The notes under the pieces are model-generated. The model was not told the origin of the DNA. It saw nothing but the letters and a program-made list of their open reading frames with translations, and ran no database searches. Made by a program: the position numbers and the translations under genes. DNA of 64,000 nt from Clostridia bacterium (GTDB lineage Bacteria > Bacillota > Clostridia > Oscillospirales > CAG-272), in the NCBI GenBank assembly GCA_017472255.1, contig JAFUQU010000001.1, positions 5,304 through 69,303 of the forward strand, in the 5' to 3' direction. This document shows positions 1-8,821 of this stretch, one piece after another (the first letter of the stretch is position 1; each line of letters starts with the position of its first letter).

Positions 1-4
1 AGTG

Positions 5-13
5 TGGTATAAT
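5..13 (+). promoter_or_regulatory. extended -10 box (TGgTATAAT) for the tRNA cluster; the -35 lies outside the window
   Basis: TGGTATAAT at 5-13, about 20 nt upstream of the first tRNA. Confidence 0.4.
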
Positions 14-32
14 ATTAAACGTTGTAAGCGAT

Positions 33-108
<76 letters not shown>

Positions 109-114
109 TTTCCC

Positions 115-201
115 GCCGGTGTGTTGGAATTGGCAGACGAGGAGGACTCAAAATCCTTTGCCAGCGATGGCGTGCGGGTTCGACCCCCGCCACCGGCACC
201 A
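115..201 (+). tRNA. tRNA-Leu (anticodon CAA), long variable arm
   Basis: Acceptor GCCGGTG/CACCGGC, anticodon loop CTCAAAA, 15-nt variable arm TGCCAGCGATGGCGT, T arm GCGGG-TTCGACC-CCCGC, encoded CCA. Confidence 0.9.
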
Positions 202-237
202 TTTCCCTTTGTCCCACCGTTCACACCGACTTATTCC

Positions 238-314
238 GGAGGCATAGCTCAGCTGGTTAGAGCGCACGCTTCACATGCGTGAGGTCGCGGGTTCGAGCCC
301 CTCTGTCTCCACCA
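238..314 (+). tRNA. tRNA-Val (anticodon CAC)
   Basis: Acceptor GGAGGCA/TGTCTCC (one G-U pair), anticodon stem CACGC/GCGTG with loop TTCACAT, T loop TTCGAGC, encoded CCA. The T stem GCGGG/CCCTC carries one C-U mismatch. Confidence 0.85.
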
Positions 315-318
315 AAAA

Positions 319-341
319 AGCACCCGTCGGGTGCTTTTTTT
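319..341 (+). terminator. rho-independent terminator after the tRNA cluster
   Basis: Hairpin AGCACCC-gtc-GGGTGCT followed by a run of 7 T. Confidence 0.85.
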
Positions 342-453
342 CGTGGAGACGGAGGGGCAGTTATATTCGCCTGCGGCGAGTTCTATGCGCCTTACGGCGC
401 GTGATATTGCCTACGGCAGTGATATGCGCTGCGGCGCGTTGGGGGCGTATTTC

Positions 454-1473
454 TTACAAGCCCAGCTCGTCCCGGAAGAAGCCGCGGGTGTCGGCGTAGC
501 GTCCGGCGAAATCGCAGACGCTGATTCGCACGTAGAGCGCGTTGTCTGGGATATCGAAGTCAGCGGCGGTGACGGGATGCGCTTCGTCGCCGACGAAATA
601 GCGGGTTTTCTTGCCGCCGATGAACATGGTGATCTGACGCGCCGGGGAGGTTTCCACGTGTACATGGCTGCCGTCGAAGGTCAGCGCTTCGATGGTCGGT
701 CCCATGGACGAGTAGAAGCGGCCCTCCTCCAGCGCTCTGATGACTGACGGGTAGGTCAGCTCCTCCGAAAGAACCATGGCAAAGCCGCCGAAGGAATCGC
801 TGGCGGGGGAATCCAGCGGCGCGCCGTTATGGTTATCGTCGGCGCTGTGGACGTAAAGACGCCGTCCCTCCCGCAGCAGACGGTCGTACAGCGGGGCGTT
901 GTATTCGATGCGGTTGCCCACGTAGCTGCTGTAGTTGCACATCTCCATGCTGAAAAAGCCCCGATAGGCGGAAATCATTTCCTGCGCTTCCATCGACCAG
1001 ACCGGATGATTGTGGGTACACATATAGCCGTTGTCGATGGCGGTCTGGACGAACTCGTTGATATATTCCGCCGTGTATTCACGCGGACGATCGGAGCCGA
1101 CCTTATGAAAGCCGTCGCGGATGGCTTGGTTTTTTACGTATTTGCAGTAGGGGTCGTTGAAGTTGACATAGGACACGTTGTGCGGGTCTTTGGCGATGAG
1201 GTTGATGTGTACCTCGGGGTTAAACTGATTGTACGCGCCGTCATGCGTGAGACGGATGTAGGCTTCGTAGCCGGTGAGCAGAAGAAAATCGGGGGTGGAC
1301 AGATCAGAGTGGTCGCAGGGGTATTCGTGATCGGTGATCGATAGAATGGAATAACCGTGGCTGCGATAGGCTTCCACCAGCTGTTCGGGAGTCAGCTTGC
1401 CGTCGGAAAGGGTGCTGTGGCAGTGCAGGTTGGCTTTATACTGCGGCTGCCCTTTTTTAATGTAGGAAATCAT
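454..1473 (-). CDS. PHP-domain metal-dependent phosphoesterase
   Basis: N-terminal HCHSTLSDG...ITDHE PHP motif. The track ORF starts at GTG 1482, which overlaps the SD. ATG at 1473 sits 8 nt after GAGG, so 1473 is preferred. Confidence 0.75.
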   Translation of the reverse strand: MISYIKKGQPQYKANLHCHSTLSDGKLTPEQLVEAYRSHGYSILSITDHEYPCDHSDLSTPDFLLLTGYEAYIRLTHDGAYNQFNPEVHINLIAKDPHNVSYVNFNDPYCKYVKNQAIRDGFHKVGSDRPREYTAEYINEFVQTAIDNGYMCTHNHPVWSMEAQEMISAYRGFFSMEMCNYSSYVGNRIEYNAPLYDRLLREGRRLYVHSADDNHNGAPLDSPASDSFGGFAMVLSEELTYPSVIRALEEGRFYSSMGPTIEALTFDGSHVHVETSPARQITMFIGGKKTRYFVGDEAHPVTAADFDIPDNALYVRISVCDFAGRYADTRGFFRDELGL

Positions 1474-1505
1474 GCGGTTCACCTCGTGAAATAAATATTA
1501 TGAAT

Positions 1506-1534
1506 ATTATACCACATGGCGGCGGGGATGTCAA
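1506..1534 (-). promoter_or_regulatory. sigma70-type promoter of the PHP gene (TTGACA-N17-TGgTATAAT)
   Basis: Reverse complement reads TTGACAtccccgccgccatgtggTATAAT. Confidence 0.65.
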
Positions 1535-1535
1535 T

Positions 1536-1562
1536 GAAAAAAGGAGCTGCCGCAGCAGCTCC
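1536..1562 (-). terminator. rho-independent terminator after the GNAT gene
   Basis: On the minus strand, GGAGCTGC-tgcg-GCAGCTCC is followed by TTTTTTC. Confidence 0.8.
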
Positions 1563-1572
1563 CTGAAAATGA

Positions 1573-2475
1573 TCACGTCAGATAGGGCGCGTACATCACA
1601 TCCGCGTCCACGCCTGCCGCAAGGGCGGCTTCGCGCAGACGCTCGGGATGAATCACCCGAAACAGGGTGGGCTGCGCTTCCTCTACTTTCGCAAAGTCCC
1701 GGCAGCGCGCCAAAGTTCCCGCGTCATAGCCCGACAGACGGACGGTCAGCGGTCTGCCAAGCTTCGCTGCCAGCGCGGCGAACACCTGCGGCTCGATTCC
1801 TCCCTGTATGGCGAATTCTTCCACAAAGGCTCCTTCCCGATTCAGCGACAGACAGCCAACCATACGGCTGGTTTTGCCGGGAGTATCGGCGGTGTAAACC
1901 GCCACAGCCTCCCGTCCGCCGCTGCGAAGGGCGGGAATCAGCTCATCCTCCCGGCGAACCACATAATCCGAGCGTGCTTCCGCCAGCGCCAGGCAGAAGG
2001 GAACCTCGCCCTGATTCAGCGGTAGAAAATCATAGCCGCCACCGGTGGGTTCGAAGGTCAGCTTGTACTCGATGCCGCCGCCGATATAGCCCCAGCGTCC
2101 GTATCGCACCGGATCTCCGTGAAGATAGCAGAGGTCGCCGCAGGAATCGCATTCCTCGTTGATGCGGTCCAGCATGACCGACATAACGCCCCTCCCGCGA
2201 AAATCCTCGTGAACCGCCACATTGCCGTTGGCGATCAGCCGGATATGCTGTCCGCCGACCACATAATCAATGGGGTACATGGCGGCGGTGCCGATCAGCC
2301 GTCCGCCCTCGAAGGCGCCGATGTGCGCGTTCATCATGTCCGCGCGGGGAGCGGTAAAGATGCGGGGAAAGAGCTTGGCGAAACGGGTTTCACGACCGTA
2401 TTTGCGGGAGAACACGCCGTCCAGCAGCTCCACCACCGCGTCAAAATCGTTGACCGTCAGATGTTTCAGTTCCAT
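1573..2475 (-). CDS. GNAT-family N-acetyltransferase (about 300 aa, with a C-terminal extension)
   Basis: GNAT-like core (VAVHEDFRGRGVMSVML). SD GAGGT lies 5 nt upstream of the ATG. The gene starts 8 nt after the upstream gene's stop. Confidence 0.6.
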   Translation of the reverse strand: MELKHLTVNDFDAVVELLDGVFSRKYGRETRFAKLFPRIFTAPRADMMNAHIGAFEGGRLIGTAAMYPIDYVVGGQHIRLIANGNVAVHEDFRGRGVMSVMLDRINEECDSCGDLCYLHGDPVRYGRWGYIGGGIEYKLTFEPTGGGYDFLPLNQGEVPFCLALAEARSDYVVRREDELIPALRSGGREAVAVYTADTPGKTSRMVGCLSLNREGAFVEEFAIQGGIEPQVFAALAAKLGRPLTVRLSGYDAGTLARCRDFAKVEEAQPTLFRVIHPERLREAALAAGVDADVMYAPYLT

Positions 2476-2483
2476 GGTTTACC

Positions 2484-4514
2484 TCAATTTATGTAAAGAA
2501 TTCGATAGCCGTATTTGTCAAGGGAGAAGGTGAAGCCCACGTCCTCCTTTTTCTCCATGTCCACCGCCCGGTTCACCGGCTCGTCGAAGGAAAGCGTCAC
2601 CTTTTCCACAGGCTGTGCGGAGATGTTCACCGCGAACGCCAGAAGCTGCGGTTCCCCGGTGAGGGTGGTATAGCGGTAATAGCTGACCTTCACCTTTTCG
2701 TGATCGGTGGTTACGGTATTGCTCCAGTAAGGGCACCAGTCGGATTTGTCGATGGGGAAGGCGTCGAAGATTTTCCAGACGCCGCTCATCAGTTCCAGCG
2801 GATGGCCGATGTCGTTGGGGCGGGGAAGAATGCCGTGGAGGATGGAGCTGGCCAGCGCCTGCTCAAAGCACCAGACCGGGCGGTTTTCGTAGGCGATGAA
2901 CTCCACCGGCACGCCCGTGTTCCGACCGATGTACTCGGCGCGGAAGTAGTCCAAATCCATGTCGTCGGTATTTCCCTTCATCAGCTTGAACTGGAGGTTT
3001 TCGCCGTACCAGTTCTGGTGGATGAAGGGGATGGCGGTGAAGTTGACGAAGCCGAAGGCGTGGACGTTGACCATGCCGCCCCGCTGTTCCACCGCGTCGT
3101 AGAGCCGCTTGAACAGGTGGCGGATGGCTTTCAGCGCATAGCTGCCGTGGAGATTGCCGTCCGCGTCGTACCAGCCGCAGCCATGCTCCGTATTGCAGCA
3201 AAGCCGCGCGTGATGGGTGCCGTCCAGATATACGCCGTCGGTGTGGCATTCGTCCATTATGCGGGTTACGCCGTCGATGAACAAATCCTCGTACTCCGTG
3301 TTGTAGCAGACCACATAGTCCCGCTGGAATGGGACACGCCACCATCCGCCGGAAATGTGCCCGTCGGCGTTTTTCACGGTTACTCTGTCGTGCAGCCCGC
3401 TCCAGACGGGAGCCATGGAGGACAGTTCATAGCCGAAGTAGGTCAGCACCCGAATGCCCCGCTTGTGGCACTCGTCGGCGATGAATTGAATCTGATGGGT
3501 TGTGAATTCGGACAGCTCATACCAGTTCTGGGATTTGTTCCACTTCTCGTGGAGAATCAGCGTGGTGACGCCCATCTCCTTCAATCGGTCGAAGCGGTTT
3601 TCGGCGGACAGGAAGTCGATGTAATTGCCCTTGATCTTGATGCCGCAGTCCAGATGCAGCGCGTTGTGCAGATAGGGCTGCTTCGGAAAGGGCTTGACGG
3701 GGGTCGCCTGAAAGCCGAAGTGGAAGTCAATGGGCGTGTAAAGATCCATGCCCCGGGCAGGATCGCCCTGCCATGAGCGGGGATGGCTGTCCAACAGACG
3801 GATGCGCAGGATAAGGGTATCGCCGTCCCGCACCAGCTCCATGGAGTGCATGGAATCGGCGGGCTGCCAGTTTCGGTCGTTCTCGGCGAACCAGCCGATG
3901 CCCCGTTCCTCGCTGCCCAGCCAGAGCAGCGCTTTGAAGGGCAGTCCGACCACGGCGGAATCCGGCAGCGCGCCGCTCATGGACATGGTGGTCAGCGGAC
4001 GCTGGGAACCGTCGTCCAACGCCATCCCGCTGTTGGGGTACATATGGAACAGCGACATGGCATCGGCGCGCAGGGGAAGTTCCAGCCAGAGGGAATCCAG
4101 CTGAAAGCGGGTGGGCTTTGTCTCGGCGATGCCGAAGACCTGCGCCACGGTTTTGCCCCGGGTCATCAGCTTGAAATCGATGTCGATGTTGCCGTCGTAT
4201 TCGATGGTATAGCAGAGATCGACGATGAAGCGGTCGGACTGCTTTGCGCCGCAGATAACGATCTGCTCGTCCGAGCGGCGCTGCACGAAGCTATCGCTCT
4301 CGTTGTCGGGATAGTTATCGTCCCAGTTGGCAGGTTCGCCGTCCTCCACGGCGACGATCCGCATGGGCGCGGCCAGCAGCTCATGCCCTTGGGAGACGAT
4401 GGAAGTGATCATACCATCCGGACCGATGGTATAGTCCCGGTCGATGACATGGATGTGGTGGGAAAGGTCGGTGGTCTCGGCGCGAAGCGGGATAAACGGA
4501 CGTGGAATTCTCAT
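2484..4514 (-). CDS. large glycoside-hydrolase-like TIM-barrel protein (GH123/DUF4091/DUF6067-like; family not certain)
   Basis: 676 aa from the internal ATG 4514, which is preceded by GGAGG at 7 nt. The track's 709-aa start has no SD. The central segment GVTTLILHEKWN...GVYLDGT...NVHAFGF resembles a hydrolase barrel, but the family could not be verified without a search. Confidence 0.45.
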   Translation of the reverse strand: MRIPRPFIPLRAETTDLSHHIHVIDRDYTIGPDGMITSIVSQGHELLAAPMRIVAVEDGEPANWDDNYPDNESDSFVQRRSDEQIVICGAKQSDRFIVDLCYTIEYDGNIDIDFKLMTRGKTVAQVFGIAETKPTRFQLDSLWLELPLRADAMSLFHMYPNSGMALDDGSQRPLTTMSMSGALPDSAVVGLPFKALLWLGSEERGIGWFAENDRNWQPADSMHSMELVRDGDTLILRIRLLDSHPRSWQGDPARGMDLYTPIDFHFGFQATPVKPFPKQPYLHNALHLDCGIKIKGNYIDFLSAENRFDRLKEMGVTTLILHEKWNKSQNWYELSEFTTHQIQFIADECHKRGIRVLTYFGYELSSMAPVWSGLHDRVTVKNADGHISGGWWRVPFQRDYVVCYNTEYEDLFIDGVTRIMDECHTDGVYLDGTHHARLCCNTEHGCGWYDADGNLHGSYALKAIRHLFKRLYDAVEQRGGMVNVHAFGFVNFTAIPFIHQNWYGENLQFKLMKGNTDDMDLDYFRAEYIGRNTGVPVEFIAYENRPVWCFEQALASSILHGILPRPNDIGHPLELMSGVWKIFDAFPIDKSDWCPYWSNTVTTDHEKVKVSYYRYTTLTGEPQLLAFAVNISAQPVEKVTLSFDEPVNRAVDMEKKEDVGFTFSLDKYGYRILYIN

Positions 4515-4650
4515 GTTGTGACCTCCTGTTGGTTGATTGTGCGCATGGCGGGCGACGGGGTGACTTGTTTTTCGAATATAGAGAGAGAAAATTGCGGCTG
4601 GTTTGCGAAGCAAATCGCTGCCGGAGGCGGCGAAAGCGGCAATTTCAAAT

Positions 4651-4690
4651 AGGTTTACAATTGAAAAGCTTGCTTTTCGATTGTAAACCT
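4651..4690 (-). terminator. 19-bp hairpin overlapping the stop codon of the upstream gene; possible intra-operon terminator or attenuator
   Basis: AGGTTTACAATTGAAAAGC / GCTTTTCGATTGTAAACCT with one G-U pair. On the minus strand it is followed by TATTTGAAATTG, only moderately U-rich. Confidence 0.45.
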
Positions 4691-6680
4691 AATGCATTCT
4701 GAAATCTACTGCCTTGGGCAGCGGATACTTTTCGTCGGCAGCCTTGCAGAGCGCGGCGTCCTTCTCATCGTAAGCCGCGCCGACCTCCTTCGCGTAAAGC
4801 CGGCGGTACAGCTCGAACCAGAGCTGCGATACCGAAAGCTCGCCCTCCTTGATGTCGGCCATGACGAAGCGCTCGTTGATAATCTCCGCCGCTTCCTCTA
4901 AACGGTTCGTGTGAATCAGCGCGATGGCGCGATAGAGACGGATTCGCCCCAGCGACCTGAGCGTGCCGGGCAGCCGTTCGTACAGCTTCAGCCAGATTTC
5001 GTCGCCGCCGTCCGAAGTAAGCTGAGCCGCTGCTTCGATGCAAAGGGAACGGCAGTCTCCCTTCAATCCCAGCGTCCGCAGAATGTACGCCCGGGCTTTG
5101 ATGGAATCGTGATACTCGTTTTTGTACAGCATGGACAGATTGCGAAGCGCCCACGGATTCTCCCGCAGCGATAGGGAGCGCTCCCACGCTTCCTTCGCGC
5201 CGCTTACGTTGCCGTCGGAGCTGACGGCGAGGGCGTAGCGAATCACGCCGATGTGCAGCTGGCTGTACCAGCTTTGCTCGGGCAGGGCTTCCAGACGGTC
5301 GAGCCAGAACCGCCCGGTCACATAGCTGACCGGCTCCTCGCCGATGTCCGGACAGGGGAAGCTGCCCTTCTGCAGCAGGTCACGCCACGGCGCGCTTTCG
5401 TCATCGACGGCGGGAAAGCGCAGCGTCCCGCTGATCGCTTCGCCGCGAACCGCTTCCTCCAGCGAACCCCAGCCGCTTCCGCTGTGCAGAATTTCGCTCC
5501 CGCAGACACTCTCATCGGCGGGGAAATACAGCTCGTCCGGATTGCCCACCCGATCGAGCATACAGCGCTCCACCGCCTCTGCCGCTTTCCGATAATCGCC
5601 GTGAAGCACAGCCGGGTCGCCGTCCAGCGCGGTGTATGCCTCCGTCCACTCCCAGACCGTGCGTCCGGGCATGGGAATATGCTCCAGCTGGGTATGGGTA
5701 AGCCCCGCCTGAATCTCGATGTAAGCCGAGCCTTCCTCGGACAGCCACTCGTTCCAATGGCGTCCGCCCTGACCCTGTCCCCAGACGAACAGCTTTCGCC
5801 CGAACAGGCGGCGGGTGGAGCATTGGAGCAGTCCCTGACCGTTTTCGTCGGCCGAGGCAATCCACTTGTGGGAGGCTTCGGGAATTTTGTAGAAGAAATC
5901 GCGGGAGGAAGGGATGGCGGCGGGATAGCTCACGTCCATGCCGCCGTGATGGGGGATGGACGCCTTATCCAGCACGTAGTGGTCGGCGTTGTAGAAGCAG
6001 AGGAAGGCTTCGTCGGCGGGAACGAGGACGCGGGTGCCCTTTGTTTCGGGGACGGCGATGTTCGACCACCAGTACATATGCTTTGTCTCGTCGGTGCGGT
6101 TTTCGATTCGGCAGCGCAGATGAAGCGCCGCCGAATCTTCCGGCAGCCAGGCGCTGACGCTGTAAACCACGCCCCGGATTCGCTCAAATTCGTAGAGCCG
6201 GAGCACGTCGCCGTCGGAGGTTTTGTCCACGGTACACCAGAGGGGCGAACAGGTCAGCGGATTGTGTCCCTTGATGCCTACGTTGAACTCCACGCCGCCG
6301 CTGAACCAGGCGTTGCGCAGTCCCAGATTCCCCGGCTGAAACACCGGGTTCACATAAAGCAGCTCGCGGTTTTTATCCTTATCAAAGAGCGACCAGAGCC
6401 GTCCGCCGACTTCGGGCAGAAAGACGGCGCGCATATGGTCGTTCTCCAGAACGGCGGCTTTGAAGGCGCGGGGCTGTTTGTCCCGGTCGTAGCCGTCCTG
6501 AAGCATATAAGGCAGCATGGTGGGAATCATGCCCTTGCCGATGTAGGTTTTTTCGTCCTCGCGGACGGCGGGGGTCATTTCGTAGCCCGCGTGGATGTAG
6601 CTGACGTTTTTGATGTCGGGCATGGGATTGGGCGCACCCATGGACGCGGCGGGGATGATCAGGTCTTCGAATCGAATCAT
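4689..6680 (-). CDS. DUF5107-like N-terminal domain plus C-terminal TPR-like repeats; unknown function
   Basis: 663 aa. The assignment comes from recalled family features and was not checked by search. The ATG overlaps the regulator's stop (ATGA). Confidence 0.4.
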   Translation of the reverse strand: MIRFEDLIIPAASMGAPNPMPDIKNVSYIHAGYEMTPAVREDEKTYIGKGMIPTMLPYMLQDGYDRDKQPRAFKAAVLENDHMRAVFLPEVGGRLWSLFDKDKNRELLYVNPVFQPGNLGLRNAWFSGGVEFNVGIKGHNPLTCSPLWCTVDKTSDGDVLRLYEFERIRGVVYSVSAWLPEDSAALHLRCRIENRTDETKHMYWWSNIAVPETKGTRVLVPADEAFLCFYNADHYVLDKASIPHHGGMDVSYPAAIPSSRDFFYKIPEASHKWIASADENGQGLLQCSTRRLFGRKLFVWGQGQGGRHWNEWLSEEGSAYIEIQAGLTHTQLEHIPMPGRTVWEWTEAYTALDGDPAVLHGDYRKAAEAVERCMLDRVGNPDELYFPADESVCGSEILHSGSGWGSLEEAVRGEAISGTLRFPAVDDESAPWRDLLQKGSFPCPDIGEEPVSYVTGRFWLDRLEALPEQSWYSQLHIGVIRYALAVSSDGNVSGAKEAWERSLSLRENPWALRNLSMLYKNEYHDSIKARAYILRTLGLKGDCRSLCIEAAAQLTSDGGDEIWLKLYERLPGTLRSLGRIRLYRAIALIHTNRLEEAAEIINERFVMADIKEGELSVSQLWFELYRRLYAKEVGAAYDEKDAALCKAADEKYPLPKAVDFRMH

Positions 6681-7786
6681 GACGGGTTCCTTTCTTCGTT
6701 TGAGCCGATAGCGCGGCGAATGGCATCCTCCAGCGCCGGACGGTTTTCAAAGCCGTACTGCTTCACCAGATTGGCAATGCGATAGCGGACGGCGCGGCTC
6801 GAGAAAAAGAGCCGCTCGGCGATGGCGTCGCAGGTTTCGCCCCGGGCAATTCCAAAGAGAATTTCCCGGTCGATGGTATCGCCGGCCTGCAGCATGGCTT
6901 CGGCGCGGATGATGTTCTGCACCATGTCGCTGTCGAAGTAGCTGCGCTGGGGCTGAGGGATAACAGGCGGGATGGGGCTTGCTGCCGGTTTTGAGCCGAC
7001 GGGAGCCGATTCGCGGACGATCAGGCGGCAGGGCAGCGAAACGGTCATATGACAGGGGAGGGGGCTTGCGCACAGGCTGTGATAAAGCCGCACCGCCGCT
7101 TCGCCCATCTGCCGATAGTCGAACATGACGCTGGTCAGCGGGATTTTCAGCTGGGCGCCCACATAGGAATTGCCCATGCCGATGATATGCAGCCGCTCGG
7201 GCAGCTTGCAGCCCAGCGCCAGCAGCTGCTGAACCAGACAAACCGCCACCGTGTCGTTGGCGCAGATGACCGAATCGAAGCCGGTTTCATCCAGCCTGTC
7301 GATGAAATCGGACACGCAGTCGTCCAGCCGTCCGGGCGACCAGATAATATCCTCCGGGCGTCCGAAGGCGTCCGCCTTCACGTGATCGGTGACTGAGCCG
7401 GGATTGACGCCCAGCAATACCGTTCGGCGGCGTCCCGACGCGTTCAGCCGCGCAAGACACTGGTCAAGCATTTCCTCCAGCTCGAACACCACGCCGCTGC
7501 ATCGGAACTGCCGGACGGGCAGCATACAGGCGTTGACGATGATCGGCTGCGCTCCACGGTTCATCAGCCGGGACAGCGCCGGTTCCAGCCATGCCGCATC
7601 GTTGCCCACCACCAGAACGCGGCGTTCGTTCAGATCGGGCAGCGTTTCGGCGCGGGCGGGATCGATGGCGCAGATGGCGTCCCGCCATTCCCGCGCCGCC
7701 TCGCGGATGCCGGTGCGGATGTTGTCCGCCCAGTAGGAATTGCGCGTTTCGGGCTGAATGAGCACATAAAGCGGCTCGTTGTTCAT
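6677..7786 (-). CDS. transcriptional regulator: LacI-type periplasmic-binding-fold sensor domain plus C-terminal LuxR/GerE HTH
   Basis: CANDTVAVCL...IIGMGNS...IPLTSVMFD (PBP1/LacI-type C-terminal domain). REILFGIARGETCDAIAERLFFSSRAVRYRIANLVKQYGFENR (LuxR-type HTH). No N-terminal HTH. ATG 7786 lies 8 nt after AGGAGG; the track start at 7795 is a GTG overlapping the SD. Confidence 0.65.
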   Translation of the reverse strand: MNNEPLYVLIQPETRNSYWADNIRTGIREAAREWRDAICAIDPARAETLPDLNERRVLVVGNDAAWLEPALSRLMNRGAQPIIVNACMLPVRQFRCSGVVFELEEMLDQCLARLNASGRRRTVLLGVNPGSVTDHVKADAFGRPEDIIWSPGRLDDCVSDFIDRLDETGFDSVICANDTVAVCLVQQLLALGCKLPERLHIIGMGNSYVGAQLKIPLTSVMFDYRQMGEAAVRLYHSLCASPLPCHMTVSLPCRLIVRESAPVGSKPAASPIPPVIPQPQRSYFDSDMVQNIIRAEAMLQAGDTIDREILFGIARGETCDAIAERLFFSSRAVRYRIANLVKQYGFENRPALEDAIRRAIGSNEERNPS

Positions 7787-7920
7787 CGCAGTCACCTCCT
7801 GCTTTTATTATATCATTCCGGCGTGCGGATTGCAAGGAAAAAAGAAAGGAGTTTTGGGACGGAATTTTTCCACACATCAAACGGGGCTGCTGCACCTGAG
7901 TGCAGCAGCCCCAAAAATAT

Positions 7921-8814
7921 TCACGCCTGCTTTACCGTTACCGATGTGCCCGCCTGAATGGCGGCAATCCACGCGGCGGCGGCGTCCGCTTCGGCGAAGC
8001 CAAGCTCGGGGAACGCATAATCAATACCCAGCCGCTCGCATTTGGATTTGCCCAGCGGATGGTAAGGCTCCACGTTCACCTCGATCACGTGGCGAAGCTC
8101 CTCCGCCATGGCGGCGATGCCAGCCAAGTGGTCGGGTCGATCGTTGCAGCCGGGAATGATGGGACAGCGCAGCACCGTCGCCGCGCCAAGCTCATCCAGC
8201 AGCCGCAGATTGGACAGAATCAGCTCATTGGTGACGCCGGTGAACTCCTGATGGCGGACGGGATCGGTCTCCTTATAGTCGAACAGGAAGATGTCCACAT
8301 AGGGCGCGACGGCGCGGATTCGCTCGGGCGGGGCGTAGCCGCAGGTTTCCATGCAGATATGCAGTCCCGCCGCCTTTGCCTTTTGAAGCAGCTCCAGCGT
8401 GAAGTCGAACTGCATCATCGGCTCGCCGCCGGAAACGGTCATGCCGCCGCCGTCGGTGTAGAAATCGATATCCTTCATCACCTCATGGAGCACCTCGTCG
8501 GCGGACATGGTTTTGCCGCAAAGCTCCAGCGCGCCCGTATAGCAGCGCTCGGCGCACTTTCCGCAGCCCCGGCAGGAATCGCGGTCGAAGGCGTGCAGAC
8601 CGCCGTCGAAGCTATGCCGTTCACAGACGGCGGCGCAGCTTTGGCAGCCGACGCATTTGTCCGGGTCGTAAAAGAGTTCGGGGACGGCGCGGTTGGATTC
8701 GGGATTGTGGCACCACTTGCAGCGAAGGGGACAGCCCTTCATGAAGACGGTGGTGCGGATGCCGGGACCGTCCTGAATGCTGAACCGCTGGATGTTGAAA
8801 ATGGTTGCGTTCAT
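7921..8814 (-). CDS. glycyl-radical enzyme activating enzyme (radical SAM)
   Basis: CPLRCKWC (CX3CX2C) at residues 28-35. Two ferredoxin-type CxxCxxCxxxC motifs (CVGCQSCAAVC, CRGCGKCAERC). Starts 7 nt after the GRE stop. Confidence 0.9.
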   Translation of the reverse strand: MNATIFNIQRFSIQDGPGIRTTVFMKGCPLRCKWCHNPESNRAVPELFYDPDKCVGCQSCAAVCERHSFDGGLHAFDRDSCRGCGKCAERCYTGALELCGKTMSADEVLHEVMKDIDFYTDGGGMTVSGGEPMMQFDFTLELLQKAKAAGLHICMETCGYAPPERIRAVAPYVDIFLFDYKETDPVRHQEFTGVTNELILSNLRLLDELGAATVLRCPIIPGCNDRPDHLAGIAAMAEELRHVIEVNVEPYHPLGKSKCERLGIDYAFPELGFAEADAAAAWIAAIQAGTSVTVKQA

Positions 8815-8821
8815 ATAATCC

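Noticed and set aside
5253-6785. 510-aa plus-strand ORF opposite the DUF5107-like gene. Also 2700-3776 and 3783-4652 opposite the hydrolase gene, 8831-9292 and 10133-10975 opposite the GRE, 7900-8973 opposite the activase, and 52535-53587 opposite the 52553 gene.
   Set aside because: Same reasoning: these are antisense shadow ORFs of confidently motif-bearing genes.
7883-7912. 13-bp hairpin GGGGCTGCTGCAC-ctga-GTGCAGCAGCCCC between the activase and the regulator, considered as a terminator splitting the GRE pair from the downstream genes.
   Set aside because: For the minus-strand genes the U-run precedes the hairpin rather than following it, and on the plus strand A residues follow it. It is therefore not a canonical intrinsic terminator in either direction. 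It could still be a stability element. The resemblance to the 56755 hairpin is limited to GC-rich stem composition.
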